Shown here: positions 57,401-61,756 of the stretch, in pieces
How the letters are laid out: every line of letters starts with the position of its first letter
Position numbering within the stretch: the stretch's first letter is position 1
NCBI GenBank assembly: GCA_029262535.1
Contig: JAJCZF010000074.1
Location: forward strand, 8,395 to 72,394
Source: Deltaproteobacteria bacterium
GTDB taxonomy: Bacteria; Desulfobacterota; GWC2-55-46; JAJCZF01
Reading direction: 5' to 3'
DNA length: 64,000 bases
The notes under the pieces: model-generated
Told to the model about the DNA's origin: nothing
The model's input: the letters and a program-made list of their open reading frames with translations, nothing else
Databases searched by the model: none
Translations under genes and position numbers: made by a program

Positions 57401-60382
57401 ATTGGTATTAATACGCCTTACCGCCTCATAGAGGCGGACGGCCTTTGGCAGCCGACGCAGATGGCGACTTTTGCCGAGGTGGACTTCACACCGGCCAACT
57501 TCCAGAGTACCGGTATCGTCACCAACGCCGACATGAACGCCGGGGTATCTGGCATATTCGGCGCGGGTAACGGCATGATCGACGGCGTGGAGTACCGCAG
57601 CGGCACACCGCCGACGGCGGCGTGGACACGTTATCTCGACGGCCAGCAGTGGGGCGTCTACGACCAGATACTCGACGGCTATGACGTGACACTTGGCGGC
57701 GGTACATATTCAAATCCGCTACTCGATCCGACCTTCTCAATACAGATAGGCGGCGTTGGCGTTTTCGGCTCCATAGAGACCTCACCCTTCAACTATGTGG
57801 ACAACTGGGGCTGGTACTACGGCGAGGTAAATGACGGCCCGTGGACCGGCGGTACGCTGTTAGGAAACTACGCCGGCAGCTGGATGAGCCAGCGCTATAT
57901 CGGCGACATATGGGGCGATGTGCTTGGTTACTACGACACCTCCTTATCGCCGAACGACGGCAACTGGACGGCCAAGAATATCGGTATATTCACCGGCGAT
58001 CCGCTGGCTTTCTCCGGAGAGTCTTACGAGGCCGCCAGGTGGGAGGAGGGTCCGCTTAACGCGACCTATACCGATGTTGCGGGTTCATTTACCGACCTGG
58101 CGACGATATCTCCGAGATTACACGCGGGCAGCGTTGACGCGCCCTGGTCTTGTCCGGGCGGAGTCGGCACATGCGTACCGTCTGTTACCGATGTGCTCTA
58201 TCTCGGCGACGTGGATAATACGGTAATCCCGTATCTCGCACAGCCGCTCTTATGGAACCAGAATCTTAAGAGCTATAATATAGACCTGTTAAACGACACG
58301 ACCTTTGATGGCGGTTCATTCTCAGGCTTCATAGGCGGCCTATGGGCCGGTAATGATATCGACGCCACCGCCGTCAGCCTCTATATAGACCCCGACGGAA
58401 ATGTCGGTTGGTTTACCGGAGATCTCGCGGGCCAGTACTATATGGATATAATAGCCTTCGGCACGAGGCAGCTCCTTTATGGCGACGGACAGTGGACGGC
58501 GACCCAGATGAATAGCTTTGGCAATCACTCGATATCTAGCGCGGCGCTCTTCACCGCCGAGGTCGTTACCGACTCTACGATGGACGCCGACCTCTTCGGT
58601 TGGTTCGGCGGCGGCTCCGGTTCGATATACGCTACCGAGTATACCGATAACGCAACCTACAGCGCCGCGTGGACGCGTTATATAAACGGCGAGTCGTGGG
58701 GTATATACGATATGATACTCGACGGCTACCCGGCCGCCGGCTCTTTCACGAACCCGGTTCCGGATACGACACTGACGGCGGCGGTTGGCGGAGGCGGAGT
58801 ATTCGGAAGCCGCCCGGACGGTTTCGGCGGTTATAATCCCGAGACCGGTTTCTGGCTCGCATATATCAACGGTCCCTCGTGGCAGAATAATGTAGTCGAT
58901 ACGGATATGAGCGGCCTTTACGTTTCGGAGACGACTTACGGCACCATCGACGGACGCGTTATCGGCTACTACGATAACGCCGGTAATTGGGCGGCAAAGA
59001 GCCTTGGCGTATTCGAAGGAGCGCCGCTCGATGCATGGGCCAATATGAATGATTACCTCCAGTACTTCGATACCACCTTACAGCAGGAGTATCAGGTGCA
59101 GGCCAATCTCGGTCTGCATGGAGCGACCTTCGACTTCGTAGGGCAGTATATGGACTTTAGCGCGGGCATGCATAATAGCGTGACCTTGAATACCTTCATG
59201 ACGAGTTGGAATAATATAGACTCAAATTCTACGACATATACCGGAGACTCTTTTAAGGGTTTACTCGGCATGAGGGATACGATGAATACGGCTGAAAAAG
59301 GCGACGTAGATATAGAGATGATCGCGCTTGAGCTGACCAGCGCGGGCAATCTGGGTTTTGTCAAATTATCGGGTAGTGGCGAGAGTTACTACACGCCTGA
59401 GACGGTACTGGTACAGGGCGGAGTGACACATATACCGATAGAGCTTACCGCCTTGAACCTGTCGACCTTTGCGAGCAATGTCCTTACATTCAACTACAGT
59501 CCGACTATAAAGGTAGGCGCTTTCGGCGGCGGCGGAGCGATAACGCCTGTTGACGTTACATGGGTCGATGTGGAATACGATAACGGCGCTTTCTTCTCGG
59601 ACTACGGTCCCATCGGAGGTCTGATGGGCGGTAGCTATACGGGACCCGCGACTGGAAACTGGACGATAGATACGAAGTTAACCAATTATCTCGCATCGGA
59701 TTCGGCTATTCTCCATACCCGTACCGAAGGTACGGGAGGGTGGTCTCCGGACAGCGCCTTTACTGGCAAGACTCACGCCTACGGCGCCGAGACCGATGCG
59801 AGCGAGGCTATGACGTGGATAGCCGTAGGCGATACTATGGGCAATACCAATACCTTCAATCCCGGCGCTATTACGAAGTTCCAAGCCGTGACGACAGGCG
59901 CGTGGTTCAGGACTGATCAGTTCCTTGAGATGATCGGTGTTATAGCCGGTACTGCGAATACCGCGGCGCTCGACCAGTTAAACATACCGCATGCCGAGGT
60001 TGCTCTTATGACGATGTTCGGAGCCGGAAACGGAATCGACGTAACCCTGAATAATATGAAGTTCTACGGTTACTCGGCAGGACAAGCGCCGAAGATATTT
60101 GCTACAGAGGACGTCACCGGTAATATCACCGGGACGCCGACGACCGGCAATCCCTTTACCATTAACGCGGTAAGCGGCGGCGCGGCTTCCGCACAGTTTG
60201 AGATTCAGCAGTGGGACACCGGCGTCACGCAAAAGTGGCTCGGAACGATTGACGGCGGCACCGGCACCCTGTCGGGCGGCACCTATACCGGCCCTGTTAA
60301 CTTCACAGGCGCGGCCGCCGGAGATATTAGTACCGGAACGGGGACATTTTCAGGAACGGCAGCCGGCATAGCAACACCCTAG
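39407..60382 (+). CDS. Giant secreted repeat protein, 6,991 aa (FecR-like N-domain; repeat family unassigned)
   Basis: One ORF of 20,976 nt (3 x 6,992) with no interruption, and an AGGGG Shine-Dalgarno about 9 nt upstream of the ATG. All overlapping ORFs on other frames are short or antisense. Confidence 0.9.
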   Translation: MKYAKRPVSAIAVLFLILLSGVFSAAWADIAGTLTALEGRVDILRPGEDRATPAKLFDKVSVGDIIRTKSKSKAEITFVDDSVIRLAAGSRLEIQEYLFSGGERKSGVVKLFRGKARSIIKRQKGEKVGRFQVKTPTAVAGVRGTDFFVFHQLGLTGVMVVNGIVDVFNLDIPDVVVTLTAGTATTVEGDKPPTPPRGASEGEGGKHEDETTPLEDDGEGGDGEGEGSADEGGSGEGTDATRIAAIAPSGVVDPVDTGTPETPIEPVIVEPDLIPYEGETGDTTAPTVNITSGPTLITTTTTAGFTVTTNEDPTTFSYTLDGDVVGGLNLVGLAPGVHIFRAAGADEAGNIGYDSYTWFSGTAGSTFTGNSYGTGSTFTGTALAGDVYMGTSTDGSWMMDIAGDWVGPSGATWNIDAGGDGFDDTGLIWEGYWVNQMEGTYGSPVSGVAPMSGPAGLLYITEDYIASGAGTATGSVDTGAGTFALGVMGFDTYAEIPLLFDAGIDGTFLHSSAGNIEGDPASPVVGLMGGVDPLWTGTPGVLFIGQYENPGASRYFSALLEGGTSDGGALLGYIGGVSPDAENIRVLAGLLYVKDDGEGGNTAGYALSDNIAGIFYPELGMWETTGTFSTVDTGPTTATPGELFDGSVSIDQNSGNNPVVGDITGTLALESFSIEDQDSGILVGAGEGLFTATPSASWSARTGGTATDGPDSSYYITEITGTSWAGDNMGGTFAGTALSADSITDFSGDIQGVYEVTGSGNWQAVMLGTTESSPILFGGDVDGEFLEAQSPLVGSGTLTGFMGSDLPFNPGGTTSLLMMGDYTNPCAARIVAGDLSGTTADGGTYLGLMLGLAPGAADTTFDAIAAGLYINPDGVGGYTVGTFLNGSPIDGSFFSELGMWSATMPLGTFATDEGVTTTVPGDLYDGSPELFYNAVDGRVGGDINGHLELDSLMVDGMAGPVLIGAGGGFFDTTPGPGAWAATAGGSIDAGNPCAPVGLWVSNISGSSWAGDEFAATISGHSIDQINHTTFTGDIFGIYEITGSGNWQAATTGRAISTPLAFVNEVGAEIYSTTLLHEGAYTYSDGGKYEYSFREDGSFGFGNRRLNDASYVKDEYQAGGTYRHITSPPYNSTTSTWDPALFDTTTLAVAPAPLDAGTVTFAFDNVTPVGSSSGLLNGYMGGVDSLWVGTDIAVDFVGEYENTGSSIFYDPNIISHDYITGEGSTYAGGTYRGIFAGIDLATSLDGNFLGIYIAPSTEVGFLHGSLSGAANPAIGMADMTGLLNRTPVAPSPSPISLDFATNFIEGNDIWTTGFAGTFDGGGAIAIPMWEGWGNSISLVDFTAQRDIGWGIYGLELFGGYDTPTPTWTAITGGEAEFGLLKHNVRRSATYDYTDGSSYSYLFDSHNEYRSRDTGESTFTYPGGGDTITTSYYSNGTTKVVDTLAGTTTYGAWSPAAFEQFDLETIPVVAGETSSLTTSDEIDAHDRNYGFWLASVSDGTLTEGRLDGTLSGGHYMTYSSLGTLDGTLLGTINPTLGTFDSAIVGTRADTIPLTHMTEFGDAIYKTRRQIETETRYTNGEYYTSEHDLSNIEGAYSYHNAAGTSSSMTYNNGGDTFGYDSATGLRSYGFWDPTSFDLSTLATLPVPPAGHSILAEGYEPWDLGWYIGWQWGYMGGTDTLWSGVDIPGKIMGEFGDSITPYPGQNMNGVFYHETLSSTNELVRSGDPAENMTFDGGAYVGDLGGIRIGSSLEGAFIGLYVDPAGNAGVLTGDFLGTQFTDISLFEMDGLFNRQQIEAGASTNTPASALNGSLIDDWSFAYGIQGDFAGSGSLSSGASGSGWGNIYTFNDRVGDDALDWGTISFMDFGHASSPGPDWDAVFAGSGRFGIYNAYTTYEGRLNYTGGGEYSYSYRHDGSEAVVHLIRADGTTRDVTYNPDGTLGVVDTLLGNSSGFWTPGDDLSFLALPLELPGGETAYPDPTDGPSASDTGTANEGYYLLSVADGTLVGERMAGTSTGRYISERTLGTIDGDLLGTYDHDVDTFEVFNYGRWQKTGNLSHVADLRSETNTMAHEHVGYFDDTSSVSGSYEYTYHEDNSFGMAKLTRADGTYTQVTYSPNGRLDVVDTGGAGNTSNSWWDRGTMDLSTLATPPTVAGMTFVNLNTIDDYLIYQTSGSSLDGLMGEIPSLWTGPGVGMPITALGQYSGNYNGVFYQDFVASNDYTQGNNVVATYDGGAYVGLLGGADVSSRGVLDGLFYAIYMDPAGDSGILSSTDLAGTSYRDAAAFELDGTVTREQFATSAEVGLTPADMGFAVMYGSMTGTLTAEFDGGASLNVTPGFSASETLSIVNNATLTGQEWGIYGISLFGTMGTQTTTWSGIAMGQGDFGRVQSGAVMVDDPGYWYADVTSGTFASEAMSAELLGMFITDNKAGIIEGRMRGSYNDGLDTFQLASLGKWEALAPTFWGDITGGQFYDLNGGLVTPTALTSLTGRYAGGFVTPHFALSEGILAGDAVTIGKKLFTADVTGASDIGAVMAGHMVGVDDALTASIATIYIAPDGGGGQTGGLYQSRSINGEFQPTQIWAAGASFSETDKGPVDVAAANLATSIWTTSYIEPGIGTVTGGSLEGDFLGSGSILGDVRISTNSIYNNATHVTAPWGTFEMAIDSKGFLNPLVSSTWNGQARGWNAFGAYWDPAANAGAGGFTDDFGFWSVDMVNGNWNADGTLTAETASLFMTPYKLGIVTGDLFGVHETGVAGELGGLGVGTWESDWLAFSAILQNGATAWADGPVNGIFGDNGAGGFADIDNLWVFAGSAIAPWDCPATSCAPQSTTVNYLGMLGYDLAVISPGTYIWDSELEINDYAEPGRTTTYDGGSFLGFTGGLLSDGTVDGRVASIYIDPEGNVGYLTGTIDGVYDPATLYAPGGGDYFMMDASGPWNPTQMVSAGALGLGPANFYNNVRTSAGLTATLSGEFTGPSGSIDGAAYSPGVGEIAAWTRYIDGEPWGIFDVALDGYPGAVNPCGETTWTGFMGGEGVFGSRPDGGGGFLDNNGYYLTYASPGSWDAAKVTATLDGDFMTAETFGRISGDLIGYYDASGNWAGKALGVFDGATYGFVTGLNNSFYHFYDGDDTIWDRDSISGYFGSIASPFTIPGTPVSFMAMGKVSGIWSQTWWDNFSGTGSAWDGFIGGNRSFDNKTISGGVASFYIANDGSAGILDATLDGTIYPGSIFKVDGTDLKATEKTASGYIPANFNTYLATSAVNGEITGEFAGGTGSISTVGFLQDIAFNASGTRTQWFVNPGTAKDEPWGIYKLELGGYYTNPAAATTFDMTLGGNNWRAATDYWIMDIAGNWNADQTVDGTINGRYLNLTSLGSINSGMWGSYDTDTGGVWEGVALGTFEETPLAFSGEITFATDWDTGPWWGLYGNDGLGAFDAVDDFYGVAGSLENPWDCTAGCVPQTIDVVYMGQPCSVNNQPLIWNNDLYAFDVKWNEGAFSGFIGGALLDGAATGGVRLIYLDPDGNVGYIEGTLLGDYYGESSMIPFSADGQWVATEVSDSLGYDGVDPVYAEYLHGDLGRDPYFKTTLSGGFGAGGASGFINGVDFNGDFATYGYRGWTRYIDGEDWGIFDVIIDGYQGGGYSNPNPDSTFSGLVGGSGNFGSHFVEGPSYVKNPGYWLADVNGTVTNRNLDGTAVGTFMTREAIGPIWGDLYGYHEGAAWGGKLMGVFEGDPVAYSGELLTGGTFFNTNLSPPTESDSITGLMGSLNAINPGGSTDIDLLGEYLNPNGLRLFGADFEGTASDGTAFLGIYAGLDRQGTLDGVLGGIYIRPDGVGGHIAGTLLADDLAGEFLPDLGMWRASSANFIATDLGATAELPGDLFSGGTAFDDSEVNGLVGGDIFGNMLLIAQSVVDIDSGLLIGITGGLFGTNPAPGWTAHGGGTVNNGGLDPDDLWLAQITGSAWAAGNMDGTYSGFAMNPNEMTNFSGDLRGQYEVTGSGNWQAISIGTFGAATPLNFFAGLTPRFWMTGDFNWVEQGFLNGDTYDYSYESGTNQGFGRYAPLGVNANRVDTTFFADGTTESFDRVTGLYSSGTWNEAGGEAAMAAWYGTPDSSVPSPSAFGVEAMGGWFDIYMGSTTSLWPVTTPTPTAVPVTVLAKHIGSDWQSGEPRLIYEGARYLRNDPTWGATFNDYDGGAFRFGLVGMIEADDTIDPDIVGLYIDPAGNAGLLNGVVTGTAYTDIGMAEMAGQITPRQMAMAAEVGVLPASLDSSIYRSGISNPVSMLSGTLPGGGALDSTIYEIGSSTIVDYSGPTVVQQWGTLNYVFEAGGFANPGAATTWSATMGGYDPFGPDATGLADELGYWLADTVGGTIGDRTLRADFSGNFITPTKLGTIDGSLYGLYDTAVGEWGGRGLATYESDPLLYAGEITPILMTTSAGRRDIYNYSDGSIHIIEIMDDNTYARVVEQGTGYHRVTSYFSNGKVVELDRLTGAVTETTWNPAVDVLSTILTPPTGYTGSTLTPGALTTAAGKLDMLMGGIDSLWSGTPNIPVTMMGEYDYNSGAPYIFRDWFVDSPAFPEIGFTTYDGGDYAGAIAGGIALDESMEAHFAALYLDSSGNAGLIYDPVSGNADSSIDIFNMAGGLNPYQMATAAEVGADPNVDLYWTQSGGLGDRLAGWFPDGDTTADMSNEYYRFRTLSLTNSVTGTVPAQPWGIFTGQFKYGAATFANPGVFNTWYGGLAGMDPIGAYWTGSAFADDPGIYAADIINGNWADGSFDGEIDGWFMTPNKMGPLAGNIYGLYDELDGVWGAYTIGTWEGAPYGFVSNFNNSFYHFDNTPVILAPTATTMLDGYLGSFDSPFATPGIGVNFSVMGQGVDAGSQTWFGQFSGTGSAWDGWTGGHLSNTDDTINGIVNALYIDDVGNAGILGANFFGDLLPNEVFVASGTNLTATQKATGGYTAGLFNIYLQRGRPEGGIGGGFPGQPGYIGSPGIQGLVSVESETRWFDNGTIEPWGIYKIELGGDYANPNGATGFEISLGGSGWKNLNNWQNPNTSTYFSGDNWYADITGNWNTDGTLDGTINGRFLTPFALGTINSEAWGSYDTVNAGFWEGLVLGEFYETPLAFAGIMDFEDVGTWADGPNWSLFGEYASAFKEVGDIIARTGGLDEPWDCAAGLCGPTAAPVDVTILGEVIDWDNEVMQVLPNNASYVWNTELYSWNEGPQTRTTFDGGAFRGFAGGVLIDDGVNFFQEVDGYSVALYIDPEGNVGYLKGDVAGNYYFDMYGDERDNLGAIIESYSFSLLNADGTLQAYEMKTPGNHSITSAASFYSEVVTSATLDTMLWGGFPVGGGNFDATDYNPGGDGWTRYIPGESWGIFDIILNGYPGEYDNMNNDTTWMTMLGGSGTFGSNPDGVGGYFDNDGYWTAWVLDGTAVNGKLTGSISSGRWMTSTHLGNIWGDILGYYDGPGNPTPANWAGKALGVFDGDSLAFSGRITTEQQAWITGPWQNGPQAGIFGNDWGENFTSVGDVGAFAGSLTPLWNCTAGPLACGPQTTNVTYMGEIIDLDADLIPVLDSFPNRANVWNNDLLSHNLYNSTFTTFDGGSFYGFIGGVLMKGLTDSHDAEGIVASLYYDPEGNIGYFTGGLNGSYNYYIPSSYMPGPINYHYSVLNADGTWTPTEKVAAGGHTITSAALFTSEVITNPYMTASLEGSFGAGENGYIYGKEHNQEPSYYAWTRYVPEQPWGLFDIVFNGYMSSGQGYQNPLAETTWQTWMGGEGRFGYFFDDGAAGFDYWGLWSADTASSPWGELNEENYFESGSLSGRYLTFTHTGSIWGDIVGYYEDPLIGGNPEDWAAKSVGVFEGEQLAFSGEISFSTGWNTGPYFDIFADDGTASALATYDEIWGISGSTQAPWSCSAGCVPQNTDVLHMSQLLASGAYNQDGPLIWNSNITSYERYGYTYQTYDGGSFDGFIGGLLLNGNVDARVANVYMDPAGNAGYIWAVLDGRYGLDLTDIGINTPYRLIEADGLWQPTQMATFAEVDFTPANFQSTGIVTNADMNAGVSGIFGAGNGMIDGVEYRSGTPPTAAWTRYLDGQQWGVYDQILDGYDVTLGGGTYSNPLLDPTFSIQIGGVGVFGSIETSPFNYVDNWGWYYGEVNDGPWTGGTLLGNYAGSWMSQRYIGDIWGDVLGYYDTSLSPNDGNWTAKNIGIFTGDPLAFSGESYEAARWEEGPLNATYTDVAGSFTDLATISPRLHAGSVDAPWSCPGGVGTCVPSVTDVLYLGDVDNTVIPYLAQPLLWNQNLKSYNIDLLNDTTFDGGSFSGFIGGLWAGNDIDATAVSLYIDPDGNVGWFTGDLAGQYYMDIIAFGTRQLLYGDGQWTATQMNSFGNHSISSAALFTAEVVTDSTMDADLFGWFGGGSGSIYATEYTDNATYSAAWTRYINGESWGIYDMILDGYPAAGSFTNPVPDTTLTAAVGGGGVFGSRPDGFGGYNPETGFWLAYINGPSWQNNVVDTDMSGLYVSETTYGTIDGRVIGYYDNAGNWAAKSLGVFEGAPLDAWANMNDYLQYFDTTLQQEYQVQANLGLHGATFDFVGQYMDFSAGMHNSVTLNTFMTSWNNIDSNSTTYTGDSFKGLLGMRDTMNTAEKGDVDIEMIALELTSAGNLGFVKLSGSGESYYTPETVLVQGGVTHIPIELTALNLSTFASNVLTFNYSPTIKVGAFGGGGAITPVDVTWVDVEYDNGAFFSDYGPIGGLMGGSYTGPATGNWTIDTKLTNYLASDSAILHTRTEGTGGWSPDSAFTGKTHAYGAETDASEAMTWIAVGDTMGNTNTFNPGAITKFQAVTTGAWFRTDQFLEMIGVIAGTANTAALDQLNIPHAEVALMTMFGAGNGIDVTLNNMKFYGYSAGQAPKIFATEDVTGNITGTPTTGNPFTINAVSGGAASAQFEIQQWDTGVTQKWLGTIDGGTGTLSGGTYTGPVNFTGAAAGDISTGTGTFSGTAAGIATP
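39503..39994 (+). other. FecR-like domain (aa ~33-196)
   Basis: The pattern G.V.I.R.G......A..GD.I..GD.I.T...S.A.I.F.D.S.I.L...S.L.I, followed by VKTPTAVAGVRGTDFFV, is typical of the FecR periplasmic sensor fold. Confidence 0.6.
40001..40126 (+). other. Acidic Gly/Glu/Asp low-complexity linker (aa 199-240)
   Basis: SEGEGGKHEDETTPLEDDGEGGDGEGEGSADEGGSGEGTD, read directly. Confidence 0.8.
40250..40483 (+). other. Ig-like (bacterial Ig / HYR-like) domain (aa ~282-359)
   Basis: DTTAPTVNITSGP...TAGFTVT...FSYTLDG...LAPGVHIFRAAGADEAGN is the common surface-protein Ig-like pattern. Confidence 0.5.
40484..59039 (+). repeat. About 17-18 long (280-500 aa) degenerate protein repeats in at least four subtypes
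   Basis: In-frame (L/I/F)Y(I/V/L/M)xPxG-type anchors start at 41177, 42008, 43154, 44669, 46166, 47045, 48074, 48998, 49928, 50855, 52025, 53204, 54116, 55142, 56252, 57323 and 58379, with a degenerate one at 59327. Confidence 0.8.
59040..60379 (+). other. Distinct C-terminal region (~445 aa) ending in a Gly/Thr-rich tail
   Basis: The WTRY/WGIFD/YxDPxGN motifs stop after ~59.0 kb. The sequence becomes richer in N/Q/M/F/K and ends ..GTGTLSGGTYTGPVNFTGAAAGDISTGTGTFSGTAAGIATP. Confidence 0.5.
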
Positions 60383-60445
60383 CCACACACCACACAGGTG
60401 TGCTTCTATTTTCGCGCCACACAGGTGTGGTTTTACTTTCGCGGA
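60383..60445 (+). repeat. Gene-end palindromic motif, two tandem copies directly after the giant-gene stop
   Basis: ccacacaCCACACAGGTGTGCTTCTATTTTCGCG followed by CCACACAGGTGTGGTTTTACTTTCGCGGA. It starts at the first base after the TAG. Confidence 0.7.
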
Positions 60446-60502
60446 GAGAGTTCTTAGAGGACTGCTTGTGTCTTGCCCGCGTCTTTAATATGTAGATATG
60501 TA

Positions 60503-60543
60503 GAAAGGGACCGCCGGTATATTCGGCGGTCCCTTTCTTTTTG
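60503..60543. terminator. Strong bidirectional intrinsic terminator
   Basis: A perfect 14-bp stem gaaagggaccgccg / cggcggtccctttc with a 7-nt loop. It has a T-run on the plus side and the complementary A-rich flank for the minus side, and it sits between the convergent giant gene and the adaptor gene. Confidence 0.8.
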
Positions 60544-60562
60544 TATTATATATTGGGTGGGC

Positions 60563-61756
60563 CTATCTGAACTTTACTTCCGTTCCGTCTTCGATTGAAT
60601 CGTCCGGGTGGTTTATTATTGTGTCGCCTTCTGTTACGCCGTCCAGTATCTCCGCCGTCAGGCCGCTTCTATGGCCGATCTTTACCGGAGTAAGACGCGC
60701 GGTCTTACCTGCGACCTTAAAGAGCGCCCAGCCTTGACCTCCGTTTCTAAATAGAGCTCCGGCAGGCACGGTAAGTATCTCGTCACCCTCCCATATGATA
60801 AAGGCCGCCTCTACACGGTAGCCGTCTCCGAGTCTCGCCCATTTTTCTCGCGGGGAGCTTATATCGGTTATGACAAGGACCCTTTGTTCCTCTACTCCAA
60901 GGGCCGATACCTTTGTAAAACCGGTGGGCTCGATCACTCGCACACGGCCCTCAAGTTTGCCCTCGCCACCCCAGCGAGTGAATAGGACCTTTGCTCCCGG
61001 CCTTATCTTTACCGCATCCGCGCTTAGCACTTCTACCTCTACCTCAAGCCCGGTGGGATCGCCGATCTCGATGAGCGGATCGCCTTCCGTGACAACACCT
61101 TCGCTCTCGCGCGCTAGTCGAAGCACGCGTCCGGCGACCGGGCTCTTTACGGTTATGGCATCGCTTTCGTTCTTGCCGTTATCTCCGGAATATTTTAGGG
61201 CCGTCTTTGCTGCTTCGACCTCGTGCCTGGCTACATCAACGGAAAACTCGGCGCTCTTAAGGCGGGCGCGTGTGGCCTCGGCCTCGCGCCTTGAAGCGTC
61301 GAGCGTATCTTCGGTGACGTGTCCGTCCTTAAATAATATTGTAGTCCTTTTAAAGGCGCTCGCCGCGTAGTCGTGATCGGCTGCCGCGCTGAGGGCGTTT
61401 TCTTTAGCGGCCTTCAGGGCCGATACCGCTGATGAGATCACGGCGCGGGCCTCTGCTTCGCTCCTTGCGTCAAGTGCGCGGGCGCGTAGCGGTTCAAGCA
61501 GCACGATGGCATCGCCCTTACTGACTATATCGCCGACATCCAGCCCGATCCTTTGCGCAAAACCCGCGACCGGGGCTGAAACGACGTAGCGGTCTATGAC
61601 GCGTGTTTTGCCCTTCTCATCGACCGTGACACTCATGTGGCCGCGTATGGCCGTGGCGGTCTCGACTGTTGACGGGCCGGGCCTCAGGCCATAGATTACC
61701 GCTCCCGCGACCACGGCGATAATGACGATTATGAATATCCTTCTTTTCCAGTGCAA
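60563..61756 (-). CDS. HlyD/MacA-family periplasmic adaptor (membrane-fusion) protein
   Basis: N-terminal TM (IFIIVIIAVVAGAVIYG), a biotinyl/lipoyl-like hairpin, coiled-coil segments and beta-barrel C-domains. TTG start with an AAGGAG Shine-Dalgarno. Confidence 0.8.
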   Translation of the reverse strand: MHWKRRIFIIVIIAVVAGAVIYGLRPGPSTVETATAIRGHMSVTVDEKGKTRVIDRYVVSAPVAGFAQRIGLDVGDIVSKGDAIVLLEPLRARALDARSEAEARAVISSAVSALKAAKENALSAAADHDYAASAFKRTTILFKDGHVTEDTLDASRREAEATRARLKSAEFSVDVARHEVEAAKTALKYSGDNGKNESDAITVKSPVAGRVLRLARESEGVVTEGDPLIEIGDPTGLEVEVEVLSADAVKIRPGAKVLFTRWGGEGKLEGRVRVIEPTGFTKVSALGVEEQRVLVITDISSPREKWARLGDGYRVEAAFIIWEGDEILTVPAGALFRNGGQGWALFKVAGKTARLTPVKIGHRSGLTAEILDGVTEGDTIINHPDDSIEDGTEVKFR

